Shown here one piece after another: positions 47,404 to 64,000 of a stretch of 64,000 nucleotides of DNA; positions within the stretch are counted from its first letter, which is position 1, and each line of letters begins with the position of its first letter. The notes beneath the pieces were generated by a model. The model saw only the letters and a list, made by a program, of their open reading frames with translations, ran no database searches and had not been told where the DNA came from. Made by a program: the position numbers and the translations under genes. The DNA comes from Macrostomum lignano (taxonomy: Eukaryota), in assembly GCA_002269645.1 (NCBI GenBank), contig NIVC01000051.1, positions 806,001-870,000 on the forward strand, given 5' to 3'.

Positions 47404-48796
47404 ATGGTTGAATTTCAAAGCCAAGCTATGTCGAAGGCCTCTATTAAGGCCTACTTTATCGACAAAGAGGACAGGATTACAGAAATACGCCGATTTTCTG
47501 TATTGAATCCGCCCGACATTGCATGTCTGGTTGAAAAAGTTCGCGCACTATTCGATATCGACTCTTCGCAAAATGTCCGAATGCAGTGGCTAGGTAAGTG
47601 CGGTTATTTTAAATTTTAATCAAACTAACGCTTTCTATTGTACAATCCTAATCCTAATTAACACTTGCTTGATCGTCTCAGACTCCGAAAACGAACGAGT
47701 CACATTTTCAACTAGCGAAGAACTAGCGGACGCCCTGACATCATCAGCAATCATTGATGGCAGCGACGATGATGGCACGCTTCGAGTGTACATCAGCTGC
47801 CCATCTCCGTTGATTTCTGCATCTAAAAACAGTGTGATCCACCCGGACATCCTGTGTGACGGCTGTAATCAGCCGGTTCGCGGCTATCGATTTAAATGCG
47901 TCATCTGCCAAGACTTCGATCTGTGCTGTCACTGCGTAGTAATTAATAGACACTGCGAGCACCCCATGATCATGCTACGCCGGCCCAAGGATCCATTCAT
48001 CTGCAAGCTGAGCAAATGGAATCGAAGCCAGTACGCTAGACGGTGTAGGCAGGGCGTTAGTCAAGCCGCAGACGGAAGCGGAAGCGGCACCGGAAGTGTC
48101 GCCGGAGTTGGAACTTCCGGCGCAGCAGCAGTTGGATTAGGCGACTGTTCCAGTCTGCCCACAAACGATTGCTTGCGCGTATTGAAGCAACTAGAAGCGG
48201 CCGCTATGAAAGTGCTGCATCGTCAACATCATAGCAATATGTCGCAGTCGCAGACTCCTTGTCCATTCTCTGATGCGGCTATGATGGAGGAGAACCGATG
48301 CTCGATGCCTCGGCGCGACTCCATAGCCTCCAGCCTGGCTGGCGGTGGGCCCGACAGTTTTGTAGACTGCTCCGGTATGTTGCAGCAGCAGCAGCAGCAG
48401 GAGTCCAAGGCTAATCAAGAGTCCATCTTGAACTTTGTGCACAATATGAGCAACTCGTTGAATGCCCTGCTGCAACCGTTAGGCATTGAAGTGTCTTATC
48501 ATCATCACTCACCGAGCTCTCCTGGGGCCGTTGCTACTCCTTCGGATTGTCCGTTGCAACGGCCAGAATCGTCCGCCGCAATGATGACGGATGAAACTCC
48601 ACCACAGGCGCAACCGCAACCACCAACGCCGCCTCCGCCTCCATTGCAGCGACGACCTCTGTCTGACACTGTGGCCAAGTCTTTGTGCCAGATGCAAGCA
48701 ATGGGATTCACAGATGAAGACGGTAGACTAACCGAACTGTTATTGGCTGCCAATGGCGATATCTCGCGCGTATTGGATGAATTGAGACAGAATTGA
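47404..48796 (+). CDS. SQSTM1: Sequestosome-1/p62-like autophagy receptor, 434 aa; exons 47404-47593 and 47682-48796
   Basis: PB1 (IKAYF..EIRRF..QWL|DSENERVTFSTSEEL), ZZ finger (CDGC..YRFKCVICQDFDLCCHC..H..H) and C-terminal UBA (SLCQMQAMGFTDEDGRLTELL..GDISRVLD). Phase-1 88-bp intron. Confidence 0.92.
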
Positions 48797-50289
48797 ATTG
48801 ATTAACAATACCAAGTGGTCAGTGCGAAACATCCCTGATATAGAACGTAGTAGATCAGAAGTTGAGTCCAGTACGAGTGTGTTAACGAGGATTTTTATCA
48901 GGAAAAAATTTAAAATGATTAGTAATACTTCCGATTTTTAAAGAAAATTCCTACTTCAAGTGCAGTTTATTTGATCTTTTGAATCTTCTATATTGTAAGC
49001 AAGTTTAAAATAAAGTACACCCTGGCTTTTTTAAGCGTCAGGATTGCAGCATCATTTGGCATCCTGCGTTTAAATTTGGATTTAACTTGATAAATTTTGA
49101 AGTTTGAGGTTCAAAATCAAGTAAAATATCAACATAACACCTCTACCCTACCTTTACTCTGCTGAGCCTCTGACCCACAGAAGTTGCAGAAGTCTGCAGA
49201 TTCCATGTATCCAGATAACTTAAATAGAAGTCTTAAAATTCCTAGAGTATTTATTATAATAATAAAATTATTGATACCCAGAAGGACATATCCAGCTAGG
49301 AAAAAATCTGTGACCAAAATTAAGTTGATGTTATGACACGCGTTATGGAACAGTAACTCCAGAGTACACCAAGAGTCAGTCTGATGCAGTTTGTCGCATT
49401 TTTATATAATTATTATGACTGATGTGAGAATTATAAATTTATATCAATAATTTTGTTCAAGCTTGGTTCATTGAGACTGTTTTCTGCTCTCCGCTGTACA
49501 TTCAAGTGTTGTTATTAATGTGTCTGTACACAATGTAACAGCGGATTGCATGGAAATCTGCTCTAGTGATCTGATTCTGGTATTTGCATATTTGAATTGT
49601 TTGTTTTGTTAATAACTTAATTTGTAAACAATTGACTTAACTGCTACATGTAAATGTCAGCCTTTTTGTGTAATGTGTAATTACCAAAACATGTTAAACA
49701 AGTTATTAATGTTAACGTTAATCAAATACGAATACAGAGTATAATTGTCTTCAACTGGTTGCTAAACTATCCAAGAGGCGCAGCTGCAGCTCCCTACTGT
49801 GAATGATTAAAAAATTAATGTTGCTTCTAATGACTTTACTCTTAAAACATGTGTTGTATACATCAACGATGACATTTTCGACGTCATTCGACCTTAAATT
49901 AAAGCTTCTAAGGTATAGCAACTACTTAAACAACTTCTAGGGTACAAGTGCTGTTGAAGTCTAGGTATACGTGTATTTTTATTCATTAGTTACATGGCAT
50001 TGATATAGCGCATTTCTTTAATTTGCCAAGGGCAAAATGGGTGGGGGGACTTTTGGGGATACAAATTTCGTCTTCCCAAAATTTTCGCTGGGGCTCAGAC
50101 ATGCGGGGGCGTCGCATGCAGGTGGGCAAGGGCCCAAGACTGATCCGCTTCTGTGGGATCATACTACGCCACACTTCCTTTGCAATGATTTGAGGATGAA
50201 CAAGAAATTAATCGGAGTAAAAGAAATTCTCAAACAAACTAGCTGAGAACTTGTTCACCGAGCAAATTCACAGAGAAACCCCCCAAAGA

Positions 50290-50650
50290 ACACTCGTAGA
50301 ATCTCTCAAGAAACTCTCTGAGAACTCTCAATTAAGGAAACTCAAACTCTCTGAGAACTCTCAATTAAAGAAACTCAAACTCTCTGAGAACTCTCAATTA
50401 AAGAAACTCAAACTCTCTGAGAACTCTCAATTAAAGAAACCCAAACTCTCTGAGAACTCTCAATTAAGGAAACTCAAACTCTCTGAGAACTCTCAATTAA
50501 AGAAACCCAAACTCTCTGAGAACTCTCAATTAAAGAAACTCAAACTCTCTGAGAACTCTCAAAAGAAACTCCGAGGAGAGCTCCTCAAAGAAAATCTCTG
50601 AGCGCTCTCAAAGAATTCTCTGAGAACTATCAAAGAACTCTCTGAGAACT
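50290..50650. repeat. 33-bp minisatellite (AACTCTCTGAGAACTCTCAATTAAAGAAACTCA)
   Basis: Tandem units; explains the KLKLSENSQLK ORF. Confidence 0.93.
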
Positions 50651-53175
50651 CTATTTTTCTATATTTTTAGTTTAAAGCGCCAAGTCTTTATATACTATAC
50701 AATCTGAGCCCCAACCATAAAGGGTAAAGGAGCGCGTCAGGTACAAAAATAACTGCGCAATTTCTAGGAAACACTTGAATTATGCTGAGAGTTAGCAAGG
50801 CTCCTGCGGTTTAGCTAGGCTGATATTAAAAGAATGCAAACGTACATAAATGCATTGGACAATTTTTTCTTGGTGTACATGTAGAACTGCTAGCTGCCAG
50901 AAGGGTATAGAGAGGTTTTACTAGCAGAGCGTGTTATGCGATAAAGCGTTGTGATAACGTTTTTGGATTTTAACAACTCGTACTTATACAGCTCACAACA
51001 AACAGATGCGACACGCGTTAAGTATACGCTTACTCTTGCATAATCCACTTTCGAAGTTTGTATGCCAGCTTTAATAGGAAATCATATTAGGAATTGATGT
51101 ACGAGCGTAGATTCCATATTTTATTATTTTAGTTGTCTTACATGTAAGTCAAGATTCCTAATAATCCCTTGTACTGGAACAATTTGTGTCCTTGACTCCT
51201 CGAGCAAGACAATTAAACTCTGCATTGCTTAAGTTCACCTAAGATGTACGAGCTAAAATGGGTGCCAGCATTAGCTGGGGTAGTTGAGGGTGTGCGACCC
51301 TCCAGTCCTTGGACTGAACAGCCGTACGCAGCCTTCAGATGCGCTCCGCAATAGCTGCGGCTGAGCTGTCGGTTGCACATCTGGCCATTAGGGGCAGGTG
51401 TATATAGCTATTATTTATTTCAACTTTCAAGATGATGACTGACTGCTTCAGAGACAAATTGAGGACGCCCAGCAGTTTATGATTGTCCAGGTGTCTACTA
51501 AACGTACATGCATATAGATTGAATTTTTATTGTGTATCGAGATATAATCTTTAATGAATTAAAAATGTACACTGCGATCCTCATTAGGCTCAAATTTAAT
51601 GGAAATAAACAAAAAAAACTAAGACGGAGGACAAAACATTTTATAATGTATTAGTAACATTAACAATAATATAATTAAATAATTATAGTTTAATTTCTTC
51701 AAACATTGTTACACACACAAGAGGAATATTAGATAAAACAAATATATATATAGCTGGCGGCTTCGACAGACAATAGTCGGAGTTAAACATTTAGTCTAAT
51801 AACAATATAGCCAATATAACAGATAAATAAATCCTTCTTCAATTGAAACAAATAGGTCAAAATATTTCAAACAGGAAATGCATATATAAGACTAGAAAAG
51901 CACTTAGTTTTATTATAATAACGAACGAAAATTGTAGGCATGCGATGCAACGTTGCTGTCACATGTACCCCCAAGGAAGCGTTTGTTATAAAAAAAGCGC
52001 CATTCCTACAGGTGAGCCTCGATCCTGGACAACAAACAGTGCAGGCGCGTTTCCGACACCCAAAGTGGCACCCAAAATTGCTGGACAACGAAAAATACAT
52101 CGATCGATGCTGAATTATAAAGCGAAAAATGTTAAAACACTTTGACCAGACAGGACAGGAATAATAGCAGCATAATATAGTTTTATACTAATGAATGCAT
52201 AAAACGACTAGAATTGTAACCGCATATATAGAAGAGAGAAAAAAGTATGAAAGGCAAACAACAGGTAAAAGAGAAGCAGTATTTTGGGACAGGTTCTCAA
52301 AAAGGCGCGCTTTAAAAGCCAGCGGTAATAATCTTAGCTATAGTTTCGGAACAACAGTGATGGCTGGCCATAAAATGCGATTGAAATATGCAGCACTATA
52401 CGTGTATATGACGATTATAAGTCGTTTTTTGGTAGCCAAGTACGTAGGCAGGCAGACGCGGATTTTAAAGTGTTAGCTACATGTAAAAAATAATTTGGGC
52501 TAGCAGTTCCGTGTGGGTAGCTATAATTGAATTGGTTGATTGGTTGACACTTTCAATAATTTACTATCATTAACACTTAACAGCTAACATTTTAATATTT
52601 AGATTAAAATACAAGCTTAATATATGAGATGAATAAGAAAATATTGCAAAATCAAATCAATTCAAAACAAATGCCCAATATTAGACGCATATTTTGTTGT
52701 TCTAAAATTTGCTTACTTGCTTGCGACTTTGCAGGCAACTATATATCCATTATACTACTCGTAAAAATACTGAATGACCCTAATGTACGTCAGGCTGATA
52801 CGTTGGAATGAACGATAACTAGACAAAGAAAGGCATCAATTCCAAGGTTTAGATTGAGGACCATTGACAGCTACGGGGACTCAGTTACATTTAACTTAGT
52901 TAGTTGCAGGCTGCAAAAAAAAGCGGCAGTCCCATGAGTATCATGTCTATTCCACTGACGCACCCAGTTATGTATTCATTCCAACTCTCACACAGGTGTA
53001 CAGCACGTCCCGATCTTCTAACCGTCTGGCATGTACACTCTCTATGTCTTTGGGGTTGGCCCTTATGGGCAAGAATCGCACGATAACTCCCTATAGCTGG
53101 CCAATCCCGATGCACAAGCCCGAAGCCATGTAATACAGCGTGCTACAGTATACTGTTCTGGTGTAAAAAATTTCG

Positions 53176-64000
<10,825 letters not shown>

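Noticed and set aside
50089-50713. 11-bp inverted repeat TGGGGCTCAGA flanking the 33-bp array, as possible Harbinger TIRs
   Set aside because: The repeat is short, there is no TSD and there is no other support.
51843-53115. Several short ORFs between SQSTM1 and BLTP3
   Set aside because: They are AT-rich with no motifs or splice-consistent structure; probably UTR or intergenic.

Overview
This is eukaryotic (metazoan) genomic DNA with spliceosomal GT-AG introns, not prokaryotic. The GC-rich exons, minisatellite-filled introns, and USP, DM9 and PAN-LamG genes suggest a free-living flatworm such as Macrostomum (inference only). Nine protein-coding genes could be assembled by hand with consistent intron phases: NUBP1 (-), a 9-exon BRD10/KIAA2026 bromodomain gene (-), a universal stress protein (-), an intronless secreted PAN+LamG protein (-), two head-to-head DM9-repeat genes, an inorganic pyrophosphatase (-), SQSTM1/p62 (+), and the 3' part of BLTP3/UHRF1BP1 (-), which runs off the right end. 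A transposon cluster at about 15-26 kb holds a piggyBac fossil, a mariner with 191-bp TIRs, a full-length CsRn1-type Ty3/Gypsy with two nonsense mutations, and a hAT element with a perfect TSD. LINE fragments and several MITEs lie elsewhere. Most long low-complexity ORFs in the track are repeat artefacts. I found no clearly new multi-gene system. The best leads are: intron-specific minisatellites abutting 3' splice sites; a gene-conversion signature in the inverted DM9 pair; a canonical-looking BRD10 bromodomain; an AUG-less mitochondrial-presequence-like extension on the pyrophosphatase; the DD32D long-TIR mariner; and CpG decay in the Gypsy LTRs. All family assignments come from recalled motifs, not database searches.
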